Source of the DNA: Lama glama
Taxonomy: Eukaryota
Direction of reading: 5' to 3'
NCBI GenBank assembly: GCA_028534125.1
Contig: CM052818.1
Coordinates: 29,886,001-29,950,000, forward strand
DNA: 64,000 nt
Below, piece after piece: positions 1 to 13,795 of this stretch. Below the pieces are notes generated by a model, which saw only the letters and a list, made by a program, of their open reading frames with translations, made no database searches and had not been told where the DNA came from. Positions within the stretch are counted from its first letter, which is position 1; every line of letters begins with the position of its first letter. The position numbers were made by a program, and so were the translations under genes.

Positions 1-308
1 AGGGAAATAAGGCAATTATAAAAGGACAAGTATTTTATTCCACATACATAAGGTACTTAAAATAGTGAAATGCATAGACACAGAAAGTAGAATGGTGGTT
101 GCCAGAGGCTAAGGGAGAGGCGAGAAAGGAGAGTTAGAGTTTAAGGGATACAGAGGTTCAGTTTGGGATGATTAAAAAAAAGTCCTGGAGATGGACAGTG
201 GTGATGACTGTATGACAACATGAATGTCCTTAGTGCCACTGAACTATATACTTAAAAAATGTTACAATGGTAAGTTTATGTTATGAATATTCTATGACAA
301 TAAAAAAG
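1..308 (+). mobile_element. L1 3' end (L1MA/MB-like)
   Basis: acagaaagtagaatggtggttgccag...gccactgaactatatacttaaaa...caataaaaaa is a typical old L1 3'UTR. Confidence 0.8.
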
Positions 309-1642
309 CAAATATTTTACAAAATCATTACTTACAAAGTCCTTAAAAAGACAGCAATCTTACACTCATGTTCAGTGTCACTAAAGACTTAGAAAACATA
401 AGATAAAAATACAACTATGCTCAAACTAATATTTCATTGCCTTTTTTTAAGCCACTCACAAAATAATATTTTGAATGCATATTCAACATCTTCCAAAGTT
501 CAGAATTTGTCTCCCAAAAGGTGGGTTATTTTAGTACAGAAAAGGTTCTGCTATGTCTCTACATATAATTAAATTACAGTGAACACTATTTTTAATCATC
601 TCATCTTCTATTTACCCCTAAAGAACACACTTTTATGAAGATATAAAATATTGGATGTTGCTAATTCTTAAAACCTATAATTTGCTTCCAACAATTCACT
701 CATTTCTCTGAAATGCTCTATAAATTTCTGAATATTTTTATCTAAAACTGGCCTGAAATAACAGAAATTACTAAAAAGCTGGTAACAGGAGAGTTAGCTT
801 TTTGTTCTAAGGGAAATACAATGACTAGTCCAGAACTAACCAGGATTTATTCACCCCCTAGAGGAGCAAGCTGCCACCTTTCTCAAGGCACACAGTCTGC
901 CAACTCCCTTAAAAGGTAAATCACCCAAAACACAAATTAAGCTGTGACCACTCTACCTAAGCCTTAGGGCACCCCTCTACCTGCCAGGGCTTAGCAGTCA
1001 CACATAAAAAGGTACTGATGTTAATTATCTTAAAATCTAAAATGCCTGATACAAGCTAGCTATGTGTCCTGGCAAACAGCAGCTGTACACAGCAATAAGC
1101 TCTTCTCTTGCATAAATATTCAGCTTATTAGAATTCTTCCAAAATAACATAAACCAATTGGTGTCCCACTATATTTAAACCATGTCCTCACAACCCCATC
1201 CTGATATTTGGTGAAATGTTCAGACAGCATTAACTTGAAAATAGCTGGTTGCCCATTATTATAGTGTACTGTTCTATCTCACTTGTACAAGAGAACTCTT
1301 TACACCATAATTGTAACATTTATTTGTCTTCATTAAGATAAACAAAAACATACAGAATTACCTAGATACGTAGCAAGTCTGCTGTGAGAATAAGCTGTGA
1401 TTGACGCTTTTATGCTTTTTGCAAGAAACTCACTTTTTTCCTATAAAAATGAGTAGGTCACCCTGCATCTTATTGCTCTCTATCATTGACAGGCTCAAAG
1501 AAATAAATCAGTCTTCCTAAGCAAAGCACTAATGTAGATAATAAATTTAGAATTTCATAGTTTATCTTCACCTGGACTATATGGAAGATACATGCAAACA
1601 CTTAAATGAACTTAATACATCCATACAAGAAACTGGACTAAA

Positions 1643-1781
1643 GATGGAGGGTACAGCTCAGTGGGAGAGTACATGCCTAACATGCACAAGGTCCTGGGTT
1701 CAAGCCCCAGCACCTCCATTAAATAGATGAATAACTCTAACTACCTCCCCCTCAAAAAAATTAATTAAAAAAAATTTTTTA
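1643..1781 (+). mobile_element. tRNA-derived SINE (camelid family) with 16-bp TSD
   Basis: A/B-box head (agctcagtgg...gggttcaagccc), A-rich tail, TSD aagaaactggactaaa at 1627-1642 and 1782-1797. Confidence 0.9.
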
Positions 1782-2029
1782 AAGAAACTGGACTAAATTT
1801 ATTAATAGTCAGAAAGAAATTATTTTTGTATAGGAAATTCTAATTTGGCTTAAATGTGCTGAGAAAAGGTACTCTATTAATATTCATTTTCTTAAAGATA
1901 CTGGTCTTTCAGAACATTGAAAGAATGACCATTGCAACTCATCTGACCATGAACATCAATGTCTTATGTGACTCTTTCCATGAATTTTCAGTTCTACATG
2001 GCAAAGAAATAGCTACTAGGTACAATTTT

Positions 2030-4300
2030 TCTTTTTATTAAACCATTATCTACATATAGAAACGTATACAATAAATTTTTACAAACTGAACAGACCCTTG
2101 TAATCAGCACCCAGGTCGAGAAACATTACTAGCATCCCTGTGTCCCTCTTGTTCTCTGTTTTGGTCATTTCCCTGACCTTCTACCAAGGGTAACCACTAT
2201 CCTGACTTCTAACACCATTGGTCAGTCGGCATGTAATCACAGAATACTCTTGTATCTGGCTTCTTTTGCTCAACATTATGTTTGAAAGATTCATCCCCAC
2301 AGTTGCATATAGTTGTAGAATGTTCATTTTACTGAATAATATTTCATTGTAATATACAATTTATTTAACCATTACACTGTTAAGGCATTGAGGTAGCTTC
2401 TAATCTAGGGCTATTATAAATGTGCTGTGAACATTCTAGATGTGCTATCAGAATCATGCACATTCTAGGACAGGTTCTTTAGGTGAACACGTACAAGTAT
2501 TTCTGCTGGACATATACTGAGGAGTGAAAGTGTTAAGTCACAGAGTATTTAGCGTCCCTGGATCCTACCAATCTTCTAAAAGGTTACTCCACTTTACACT
2601 CATTAGAAACACTGGAGAGTTCTCGTTGCCTCGTATCCTTGCAACACCCAATATTGTCTATTTTTTTCATTTTAGCCATTCTGGTGGGTATTTAGTAGTA
2701 TTCCATTATGGTTTTAATTTGCAATTCACTAACAACTTTGCATTTCTCTAATAACTAATAAAGTTGAGGACCTTTTAATATGTTAATGACCATTTTAATG
2801 CCACTATTAAGTACGTACTGAAGTCCTTTGGCTGTTGTTTTCTACTGGGTTGTCAAAATTTTTCTTGATACTTTGTTAAGTATTCTTTATATTTCCTGGA
2901 CACACGTCTTTTGTCTTTTTGTTGGAGGAGGGTAATATATTATTATTCTTACCTGAAAAGTACAACACACACTTGCGTTTGCAAGGTCTGGTCTAAGTGC
3001 TTAATAAGTATTAATAGTATCTTTTGATTTTCAAAAGCTTATATTAATAATAATCCAGTTTACCATTTTCTGTTTTATGGTTAGAGCTTGTCCTTTTTGA
3101 CTGTCCTATTAAGCTCTCAAAGATGATCACGTATATTTTTCCTCTGAAAGTCTTAACTTTGCATTTCACTTCCATATATTCAATCTGGAATTGATTTTTG
3201 TATCTAGTATGATATAGGGGTTAAGACAGCTTTTTCCCCATATGGATATAAATCACCTAGTGCTATTTATTGAAAAGCCCCCCCTTTCCCCATTGCACTG
3301 CAATGCCAACTTTGACCTAAGTAAGATGAACTGTGTATGCATGGCTGTGTTTCTGGACTATCTGTTCCACTGGTTAGTTTCTGTTTCCTCATGTCAAAAT
3401 GTCTTAATTCAGTGTTTCTCAAACTTTAAAGCATATAAGAATAACCTAGAGAGACTGTTAAAACACACACTCCTTGGCCCCAACCCTGGAGATTCTGATT
3501 CAACAGGGTTTGAAGTAGAGCCAGAGAAATTCCATTTCTAACGAGCTCCCAGGTGATGCTGATGCTGCCAGTCCAAGGACCACAATATGGTAAGCTCTTT
3601 CGTAACTGATAGTTTTATAATAAGTCTTGGTATCTGCCAATGTAAGTACTGCAATCCTGTTCTTCATGACTGCCTTAGCTATTTCTAGCCTTCTGCATTT
3701 CCATATGAATTTTAAAGACACCTTGAGTTCTACAAAACCAAAAAAACAACAGCAGCAACAATAAAAACAAAAATAACAAAAATCAAGGTGCTGGGATTTT
3801 GTTAGGGATTGCACTGATAATGTAGGTTAATTTGAGGAGACTTGAAATTTTAAAATACTGGGTCCTCCATGAACATAGTGTGCCCCTCTATTTTGGTCTT
3901 CCCTAATTTCTCTTAATAATGTTTTGCAGACTTTAGTATGGAGGGGCTGTTAAGTCCTTTGATAGATTTACTCCTAGGAATCTGATGTTTTTTAACATGA
4001 TTACAGGTGCTATTTTTCCCCCTCTTTTTAATTTTTAAAATTATGGTATGATACATATAACATTAAATGTACCATCTTGACCATTTTTAAGTGTACAGTT
4101 CAGTTATGTTAAGCACATTTACACTGTTGTGCAACCAAACTCTAGAACTCTTCTCATTTTGCAACTGAAACTCTATCCCATTAAACAACGATTCCCCATC
4201 ATCCCTACCCCACCCCCCTGCAACCATCAAGCTACTTTCTGTTTCTATGACTTGGGCTACTCTACCTCATATAAGTGGAATCATGCAGTTGCAAATGCTA
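2030..4300 (-). mobile_element. Fragmented old L1 pieces (3'UTR and ORF2 remnants), interrupted by MER5A
   Basis: L1 antisense motifs throughout; ORF 3500..3814 contains the ORF2-like KFIWK...IAK...L.L.D.KTYYK. Confidence 0.75.
3410..3597. mobile_element. MER5A-like hAT-Charlie DNA transposon
   Basis: cagtgtttctcaaactt...gattctgattca...catttctaacgagctcccaggtgatgctgatgctgc...ggaccac. Confidence 0.85.
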
Positions 4301-4424
4301 TCTTTTTAAAGTCCATTTATTTTTACCTGGAGTCTATTAACTAAAGCAATTTGATGAAACATCAGCTCACTAAATTGAGTACTGGCTAAAACTCCAGTTA
4401 AAGAACAGACACTTGAGAAATTTA

Positions 4425-5148
4425 GTGCTGTTGGTGGGAATGTAGTTTGGTACAGCCATTATGGAAAACAGTATGGAAATTCCTCAAAAAACTAAAATTA
4501 GACTTACCATATGATCCAGCAATACCACTCCTGGGCATACATCTGAAAGAAACTAACTTGAAATGTACCCCAGTGTTTATAGCAGCAGTATTTACAATAG
4601 CCAAGACATGGAAACAACCTAAATGTCCATCGATGGATGAATGGATAAAGAAGCTGTGGTATATGTTGTATGTATATATATATGTACACATACACATGCA
4701 CGCACACGCACACTAGAATACTACTCAGCCATAACACAGACTAAAATAATGCCATTTGCAGCAACATGGATGGACCCGGAGATCATCATTCTATGTGAAG
4801 TAAGCCAGAAAGAGAAAGGATAATACCATGATATTCATCTGTGGAATCTTAAAAAAAAAAAAAAAAGAAAGGCACAAATGAACTTATCTATAAAACAGAA
4901 AGAGACTCACAGATAAAGTAAACAAACTTACAGTTACCGGGGGGAAGGGGGTGGGAAGGGATAAATTGGGAGTTCAAGATTTGCAAATACTAACTACTAT
5001 ATATAAAATAGATAAATAACCTATAATGAAAAGTAATATGAAAACAAATATACATATGTGTATGTATGACTGAAACATTATGCTGTACACCAGAAACTGA
5101 TATGTTGTAGACTGACTATATTTCAATTAAAAAGAGAAAAAAGAAAAA
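4425..5148 (+). mobile_element. Relatively young 5'-truncated L1 (ORF2 C-terminus, 3'UTR, A-tail)
   Basis: ORF 4447..4716 ([30 protein letters not shown]...[23 protein letters not shown]) is the L1 ORF2p C-terminus; A-rich tail ~5128-5149. Confidence 0.93.
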
Positions 5149-5591
5149 ATTAGTGTGTTCAACTAGCAGTACTTTGAGAATCAGGACCATGCCAAGGAAA
5201 ACTGTGCCACTTGCAATCATATATTTGTACGTGAGATGGAATTTCCACCACTTTCACACACCAGGGCAAAGGCCAGAAACCACCTAAAAGTGAGTGGTAA
5301 CATTTGTGTGTCTCTTTTAAGAAGAGTTCTCTCATTTCTCAAATCTCATTGAGCAAAACTCTAAAAGGTGACTCAATGAGTCAGCAGGCTTTGACAAGTG
5401 TATAATTTTTCATACACACATCAATATTTTTACTGTGGTTGTGGAAGTTGAAATCAACTCTTATTTACAGTTAGAATGTTTTTTAAGGTAAAGAATCAAT
5501 CCACTGCAGCAGTTTTTGATAAGGAATGTTAAGATACCTTGAGAGCAAAAGGGAGACAGCTCTGTATGCCTTGGTGGGAGTTTCCCCCGTG

Positions 5592-5730
5592 GGTTTTTTT
5601 TCAGGTTTTTTTTTGGGGGGGTGGGTAATTACGCTTATTTACTTTTTTTTTTAGTGGAGGTACTGGGGATTGAACCCAGGACCTTGTGCATGCTAGGCAC
5701 ACACTCTACCACTGAGTTATACCCTCCCCA
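5592..5730 (-). mobile_element. tRNA-derived SINE (camelid family)
   Basis: Reverse-complement head (ggggattgaacccagg...ctaccactgag), T-rich tail, short flanking agtttccc duplication. Confidence 0.88.
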
Positions 5731-7387
5731 AGTTTCCCTCTTTAAGATATACCACCTGAGCAGCTGCGTGGGGTCAGACTGAAAAGGGGCTGTAATAAAA
5801 CAAAACCTGAGGAAACGCCATTAATTGCTTGCTATGAAAAAGTCAGTGAATACCACTTTAACTCACACTAAAAAGTAAATTTGAATATTATGACACACTA
5901 TATAGAGAGGCATGTCTTTATTTAGTTAACAGTTTCCCAGCATATGCAACACTGCCCTCATTCCCAGGAAAGTGGCAAAGAAAATTCTGTAACAACATCA
6001 AAGAGGATCCAGGGTGTTATTTCTATTAAAAACAAATTTCCCTTCATACTTATCACTGTACATTTCAAATCCTCTTCTTCCAGAGGTCACTGGGACCCTT
6101 TATATGACAGACATGCAGTCTGTGCCTTTGAGAATGAAGGAGCTTTCAGATAGTGGCTTTTTCCACACATTAATCAAAGCAACTCAGAGCTCTCCTGCCG
6201 GAGCATAATTGTTTGGCTACACTGAAGCCAAATCAAATGATGCCCACCCAGGTCAGGCTGACCTTATGAAAGCAAGGAACAAAGAAATACTATAAAAAGC
6301 AAAACTATTCCCTCTTCTTAACAAGCTATTTAAAAGAGCGTTCATTGTTAACATCAGTACCAAATGACAGTAAGTTTAAATTCCAAATGTGGTCTATAAA
6401 CTACTCGCAGTAGAAGTGGCAGTCTAAATTCCCTGTCCTTGCTCCGTAGACCATTTAAAATCTGTCTCAAAACTAGTTTTCCCCCAAGTCTTACTACTGC
6501 CCTAAACAAACCTTGCAACACAGCCAGATGAACCCAGTGCAGCTCACACTCGGCCATCTCCCTGCCTCTGCTCACGATATCGCTCCATCTAGATCCCATC
6601 TATCTTTCAAGGCCCGACTAGTCCTCCCTTAGTGAACAAAGCCTTCTTTGACTGCTCTGTTCTAAATGTTTTCTTCTTTTCTAAGCAGTTAGGAGATTTA
6701 TTTATCTGTGCTATTAATTTGTAGTTTAAATTGCCTGGTATTGTTAATTACATTTCCATAAGCTTATCTGATCTTCGGTAAGTTAAAAATTCCATGAAGG
6801 CAAGTCATGTTTTATACCTCGATTTCTTCTACAATATCTAGTCACGTGCTTGGCAAATCCTGAGATTCTGGATCTCCTGCTATTACAACACTCTCAAAGC
6901 TCTTTCCCCTACGCTGCAAATTTTCATATAGAAAGCAGACATCAGAGAGCTCAAGCTGATGGTCATTTAATTGTGTCAAAAAAGAAAGATCTTCTGCTTT
7001 CTGGAGATGCCAGTTCATCAGTACGACCAGATGTACCTTTAACACGGAAAAGCAGACCTATTTCAAACATATACCTTGTTTTCGAACTAAAATTTTCATC
7101 CTTTAACACCATGTTAATTCGTAACGTCAAAAAGCCTAAGACTTTTAGCTTTAATGATGGCCAAAAGCAGAAGCACAAGGCTATGAGTTTGAACAAAACT
7201 CCTTAATACCAAGTGTATTACCATCTTAGCTCTAAGCCCCATATATCTCTCCTATCTGGGGACGGTAAGCCCCACTAAGGAGCTTTTCTTTCTGAAAGTT
7301 TTTTTTCCTTTATCTCATATTAATGCTGTCCATCATCATCGATTCTGCTTCTCACCAGCCTAATGAACATCAACAAGATTCACTTTA

Positions 7388-7520
7388 TTTACTTTATTTT
7401 TGGGGGTGGGGCGGTAATTAGGTTTATTTATTTATTTTTAATGCAGGTGCTGGGGACTGAACTCAGGGCCTTCTGCATGCTGAGCATGCACTCTACCACT
7501 TGAGCATACCCTCCCCCCAA
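7388..7520 (-). mobile_element. tRNA-derived SINE (camelid family) with 13-bp TSD
   Basis: Same family; TSD aagattcacttta at 7375-7387 and 7523-7535. Confidence 0.88.
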
Positions 7521-8874
7521 GTAAGATTCACTTTAAAAGTAAAATGTACGTAATGATGTACTGCTTATTCCTTAAAATGGTTTATCAAATAACATTTAAA
7601 TGATCTTGCTATTGCCCAAAATAGTCTTCAGGTTTTATTTTTTGATATACATGGAAGATTAAAAGTAACTAAAATGTAACTTATAAAGTATAATATAAAC
7701 ACCTGTGAATCTGGGACTGCTTTTTAAACTTAGCTCTACATTTATAAAACTCATCCACGTTATTTATAGCTGTAGTTCTTTTATTTTCACTTCACTATTT
7801 CACACTTGTGATAGGATACCACAATTTATCCTTCCTTCTGTCAACAAACATTTAGGTTGTTTATAGTTTGTTTGCCATTACAAACACTGCAGTTATTAAA
7901 TGCATGTCCACTGATGAAGATGACGAGTTTTTTTAGGTATACTTCCAGGACTGGAATTTCTAGAACACCTCCTATACACACCTTTGGGTGTTTCCTGACA
8001 TCTCTCTGATGTGGATAAGCATAGATTACATCTTTTTAAATTCTGCTTTTTAATTTCAAGTTATTTCTAGAAGTTACTTTTTTCCCTCTCAAATCATAAA
8101 CGTCTACTAACTAACAGAAGTTGTCTGGCTATCTTTGTGATTACATCCTTTACTTCTTTAAACATTTCACACATAGCTGTTCTACATTATGAATGAGAAA
8201 ACTATAATTTGTCCTTTCATCTGCTGTTTGTGGACTTTCAGCCACGGTGGCTTGCCTTCTCTTCCATTTGTTGATCTTTAATTGTGAGCTCACTGCTCAA
8301 TTTTAATTTGGGATCGATGTTTTCCTCTAGAGACTGGTTTCTGTCACCACAGCCAAGCAACACTATAAATTCAAGATCACTTCAGACTTGCTTGAGGGGC
8401 TTAGCTCAGTGAAATGATCTGAATGTACTATTACTTCAGGCAACTCCATCCCGCACAGCTGCCGGCCAAGGCCTCAGCTCAGGCCTCTCACTGCAGGTCC
8501 CGACTCTAGCTGCTGACTTCTCTGTGCGCATCTATGCATATACGTATGCACTTAAGTCAGGTCTGCGGACTCTTGAGATACCTCCTCTACCTCTTGTGAG
8601 AACAGCAGTGTCTTAACACTGTGAAAACCTCTGCTCTCTGGTCCATGAGTCCCCCTTTTTCCTCTTATTTTAAGCCATGTTTTTAAGTTTATTTCATAAC
8701 TCTTCCCTGTTTCCTTTGCTACAAAAGACAATATGGGGTAAGATGAGATTGAAACCCAGTAAAAGACACAGGGAGATTGAAGTTGAGAGGTAGCCTGAGT
8801 GGGGTCCAGGGAGCCTGCTTCTATCTTCAACCCAAAGTAACAGTGGTTATCTCGCCGCAAGACGATGGGCTTTG

Positions 8875-10230
8875 CTCATTTTCTGTATAGTTTTATGTTA
8901 AGATGGATATGCTGCAATTCATCCTTTACTTGTGGATGAACATTTGAATCCAGTTTTAAGCTATGATGGATTAAACAGCTATGAACATTTCTATACAAGT
9001 CTTTGTGGAGCCATATACTTTCATTTCTCATAAATACCTGCAGGTGGAATTGATGATTAACTGTATGATAAAATGCCAAACTGTGTTCCAAAGCGGTCGT
9101 GCCATTTTATGTCACATTACATTCACAATGTATGAGAATTCCAACTACCCTGTACAGTAATGTATCTTTTAAGTGTATACTGCTATATTATTGTGGTTTC
9201 AATTGGCATTTGCCCCATAACTAGTGATATTAACCATCCTTCATGCTCTTAATGGTCATGCACACATCCCAGGGTCATCAGGTAGTCAGGTTTTTGTGTG
9301 TACTTTGTCCACAGCCTGTAATTTCCATCTGCAGAAGGATGGTTCCAAAGAGCTTACTTAGCAATCACAGAAGCAGAAACACTCCAAAAAAACTTTAAAA
9401 TTGGCTTGTCAATTTCTGCAAAAAAAAAAAAAAGGGGGGGGGAGGGTGTGCTTCTCCTGAACTCTGACTGCTACTGGATTTAATTTATAGCTCAGTTTTG
9501 GAAGAACTTTGTCAATTCAACAATATTAAGCCTTCTAATCCATGAACATGGTGAGTCTGTCCATTTATTTAGATCTTCTTCAACTTCTCCCAGAAATATG
9601 TCATTTTTAGTGTACAGGTCTTACACGTCAGTTAAATTTATCACTAAACAGTTGATGTTTTATGCTATTGTAAGTGGTTTTAAAATTATTTTCCCAATTA
9701 TTCATTGCTAGTATATATAAACACAACTGACTTTTTAAATATTGACCTTAGATTCTCAGACCTTGCTTTTAGAGTTTCCTAAGTATAGAATTGTGTTGTC
9801 TATGCATAATGATAATTTTACATATTTCTTTCCAATCTGCATATCTTTTGAATCTTCTTCATATCTTATTGCACTAGCTGGGATTTCTAGTTCAATGAAA
9901 AACAGAAGTTCCATTTTCCTGACCTTAGGGGAAAAAACTGTTTTTCATCAATACTGATTTTAACCCTGAATTCTTCATAAATACTCTTTATCAGGATGAC
10001 ATTCCCTTCTATTCCTGGTTTACTAAGTCTTTATAATGAAAGGGTATTGAATTTTTTCAAATGCTGAAATAAATATAATGTGATAATCATTCAGCTTTTC
10101 TCCTTTACTATATTAATAAGATGAATAACACTGATTGTTTAATGTTAAACCAATTTTGTATTCCTGAGATGAACACTATTTGATCGTGACTTATTATCCT
10201 TTTAATACACTTCTATTTCATGTATTTTGT
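8875..10230 (-). mobile_element. Old L1 fragments (ORF2/3'UTR, antisense)
   Basis: Motifs such as gctatgaacatt...gtcttgtg, ttctaatccatgaacatgg...tccatttatttagatctt, ttcccttctattcctggttt. Confidence 0.75.
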
Positions 10231-10802
10231 CCAGTTTTGTAGTTGTTTACAATGAGAGTTCAAATCCAGAACCAGTTACTCCCATATGGCTGGAAATACA
10301 CCCACAAGTAAGCATTAACTTTAAGCCATGGTAAACTGCGAGGAAAGTCTAGCAGTTACCAAAGTAGGTGATGGTAAGAAAAAAGCCGTGTAAGATCCCA
10401 CAAATCCTATTTCTCATTTTTTTCTCTGTCTGTTCTTGAAATAAGATATATACACGTGACCTAGTCCAACTCCAGTCAGAAAATATTTATTAAGCCTCTA
10501 CTTAATAACAATTAACCCACAAACTGAAATAAAACATACTCAACTCCTGCTTCTTTAAAAGTTTCCAAGTTATAACCAAAGAGACAGCTACAAGGTTCGT
10601 TACCAATGAATGCCTGTTAAATTAAAATGCATGAGTAACATTTGGGGAGACACGTATTCAAACCTAAAAGAAAATCAAAATCCTGCATTATACTGCTTAA
10701 TATAGACATGTCATCATGCAATGCTAAGACAAATATCAGAAGTATCATTGCTTTCTTGCAAAGTTACATTGCCTATCTTAAGAAAATCAAAACTAATAAG
10801 TC

Positions 10803-10935
10803 AGGGGAGGGTATAGCTCAGTGGTAGAGTCCATGCTTAGTATGCACAAGGGTCCTGGGTTCAATCCCCAGTACCTCCATATAAATAAATAAACAAACAA
10901 ACAAATTACCTCCTCCCCCCCCAAAAAATAAATAA
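10803..10935 (+). mobile_element. tRNA-derived SINE (camelid family)
   Basis: ggggagggtatagctcagtggtagag...gggttcaatccccagtacctcc plus A-rich tail. Confidence 0.9.
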
Positions 10936-13539
10936 TTATGCCTTAGAAGAAAAAATATAGTATTATTTTAATCTGTAAAAATGGTTAGCAAACTATTTCA
11001 AGTGCACAGATACGTATGCATTAAATAGCTTTAAAATTAATAGCAGAAAGAGAAAATACATATAATATAATGAATAACTTCCAAAGGTCTTTTTCCTTTT
11101 TTCATTTACAGAGACCTTGGGGCTTCAGGCAGACAGAAGGCAGGCTGCCAGTGTCAATTCACACTTAAGCAGAACTTTTGCCAATGAAAACTGAAACACC
11201 TGTATGAATTAACTAAATTGTTCCCATTTTCAACAATGAAAGGAAATTAAAAGCATTACTGAATGTCACTGACTTGGCTCATCTGAAAGGAAATAACGTA
11301 GATAACACAGCTAATTTTAAATTATCAAACCAATACAACATAAATGGCTCTCTAAAACAGTATTAGTCATTTTTGCTATGACTCATTCAGGTTTCCTGAA
11401 ATGTGAGGATAGACTATCGCAGGAACAGCATGACATAATGACAATGTTAAAAAAAAAAAAGTATTCCTTTTAGGACAATCTTCTGACATTGCTGAATCAA
11501 AACATTTTCCCAACATACCTCACATATATTTCAACAAGCTACACCAACCTGAAAACACTGGCAAGAATCCTTCCAAAAAAGAGAGTTCACCATTGTTTTA
11601 GTAAACTTTAGGACAGCTGAACAAACGTGAAGGAAATTCAGGACCGATAAGCCATTCATTTGTTAATTCAGTAAGTATTTATCAAATGTCCAATAACTGT
11701 GGTTCCTATCCCTCCAAGTGCTCACAATACTCTGGTAGGTGTGGTAAGATTTCGACTGTACTTGCTCTTCTATTAACAGAGGAAGAACCTCACAGCTTCA
11801 ACAGTACAGAAATCAAGACCCTGGCCACCACGCTGCAGCCAGAGCAGGGAAATGGATGCCCAGCGAGGAAGGAGATGCTGCTTCTTTCCTGGCTACTCCC
11901 TTCTCTCCCACATCGACAGCCAAAAACAGGTCTTATCCAATTAGGAATTCCTATTCCTTGTAAATAGTAATGCTTTCCTACACCCTAGTGACCAGATAAC
12001 CTGACTCACCACTGAATGCCACGCGTGCACCAGTCTCTACCTACTCCGAAATATTTTCATCTACATTCTGTAATTTGATCCTGAAAACAAATCTTCAGTG
12101 CCAAGGGAGGGATACACCATTCCTTCCCTCATTTTACAGAAGATGTATTTTAAACAGGAGGTTATCCTTACCACCTGGTAAGATACACCGGTAGTACACT
12201 GGGGAATAGTACTCCCCAAATTTCAGAACTAAGTCCTGCTCCGGGTTCTAGTGTACTTCAGTCATTCCCATATTCTGCACAGGTTTCTTGAGCAACAACT
12301 GTGAGCACAGTACTGGTGCACTGTAGTAGGCCTTAGAGAAAACCCAGAGAAGAACAGAGACCAGACTTTAAAACTGGGAGTTTATAGTCTTATGGGAAAG
12401 ATAAGACATATACATAAATAATCACAATAAGCCCAAATTTGATCCTTGTTAAAAGAAAGTTCAGAAGCAGGTAGTACCTAAAAGTGGTCCCCCTTGCCTC
12501 AACTGCTCCTTTGGAGTCAGACACGTTATAAATAAAAGATATTTATGTACAAGATATATCATTATATAGGATAGAAACTTCAGTGAAATTCTTCATTGAA
12601 ACCAGGGGTCACTTCTAATGCACCTTATTACCCGTTTCAGAATCACGCACAAAGAAGGGTTAAGAGGAAGGACTGATAAGGGCTGATTTGGGTTTTTCTG
12701 CTGTATTCTGTATGCTTCCTTTAGGATTAAAAAAAGGAATGGATGGTGCACAGCCCAAAGGATGCATGTGGCTCCGAAAAGCCCTCCTCTCACATGTAAG
12801 TTCCTTGCCTTACTTCTTACCAATTAAAGATTTACTTGGGATTAGAAGTAGAAGAGTGAGGCCTGGCACTAGGAAGCACTGTCACCGAACAGCTTTCCTG
12901 CAAAAAGAGATCAGTCCGCAGGCCAGTTCTGCTTTGGAAGAGCTGGAGGAGGAGAGCAGGAGAATTATGTATGAGAAAGGCCCGGGGCGGTGGGGGGGGG
13001 GTACAAAACCCGAGTTCACGAGCTTCACTGCAGCTAGGCGGGATGAGTGACCTACCAGCAGAGGTTACCTGAGTTAATTATTTCACAAGTACCTCACTGT
13101 ACAGAGGAGTAAGAACAGGAAAAGAAATTTTTTAAAAAATCAGAAAAGAAGTAAGGTTAAGGAAAGGAATAAACATATCCCACCCAGAAGAAACAATTTT
13201 TTAAAAAATAACTGCTTAAAGAGTATTTTAATGTGTTTTCAGGATGACTGCAGAGAACGCAAACACAATAAACTCCTCACGAGGTCCATCCCAAGAAGAT
13301 GTAACAGCTGACCATCCTCCCCATGAGAGGCCAGCAGGAACACCTCCTGTCATACACTGCATCCTGTTGCCGCAGTCATCAGAAGAAACCCAAGCATCCT
13401 GGTCATCATTTATCATACAGATTCTAGGTGACTGTCCCCAACCAGCTCTGCACTTCCCTGCACTGACTCCAGCTCCCCACCGTTCCAGACCCTCTGTGCC
13501 CTTTCCTGTGTCTCATGTCGGGAAGACCCATGTTCAACA

Positions 13540-13795
13540 CCACCTCCACTGAGATCTTCCCCCTACCATCTTGCCAAAAACAGCCATGCCCAACCCATTC
13601 TCACCCCCTTACACTATTCTCCTGAGCACGTCTATTAAATATCCATTTCTTTGTCTATTGTGAATTTCCCCCACAAGAATGCAAGTTGATGTAAAATCCA
13701 AGAGGGAAAAGACTGTTTACTGCTGTATCTCCAACAACCAGCACAGTGCCTGGTGCATGCTAAGCACTCAACCAACATCAGCTGAATGAATAAGT
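13540..13795 (+). mobile_element. L2 3' end
   Basis: gctgtatctcc...agcacagtgcctggtgcatgctaagcactca...tgaatgaataa. Confidence 0.7.

Noticed and set aside
6850..7206. 118-aa plus-strand ORF and overlapping minus-strand ORFs
   Set aside because: Non-ATG start, no recognisable domain, no match to the expected TTC27 exon 10.
10803..10880. tRNA-like sequence with A and B boxes (also in the other six copies)
   Set aside because: Followed by a SINE body and A-rich tail, often with TSDs: SINE heads, not tRNA genes.
12190..12260. Nested short inverted repeats (agtacact/agtgtact; tgggga/tcccca)
   Set aside because: Stems of 6-8 bp are within chance expectation and have no other support.
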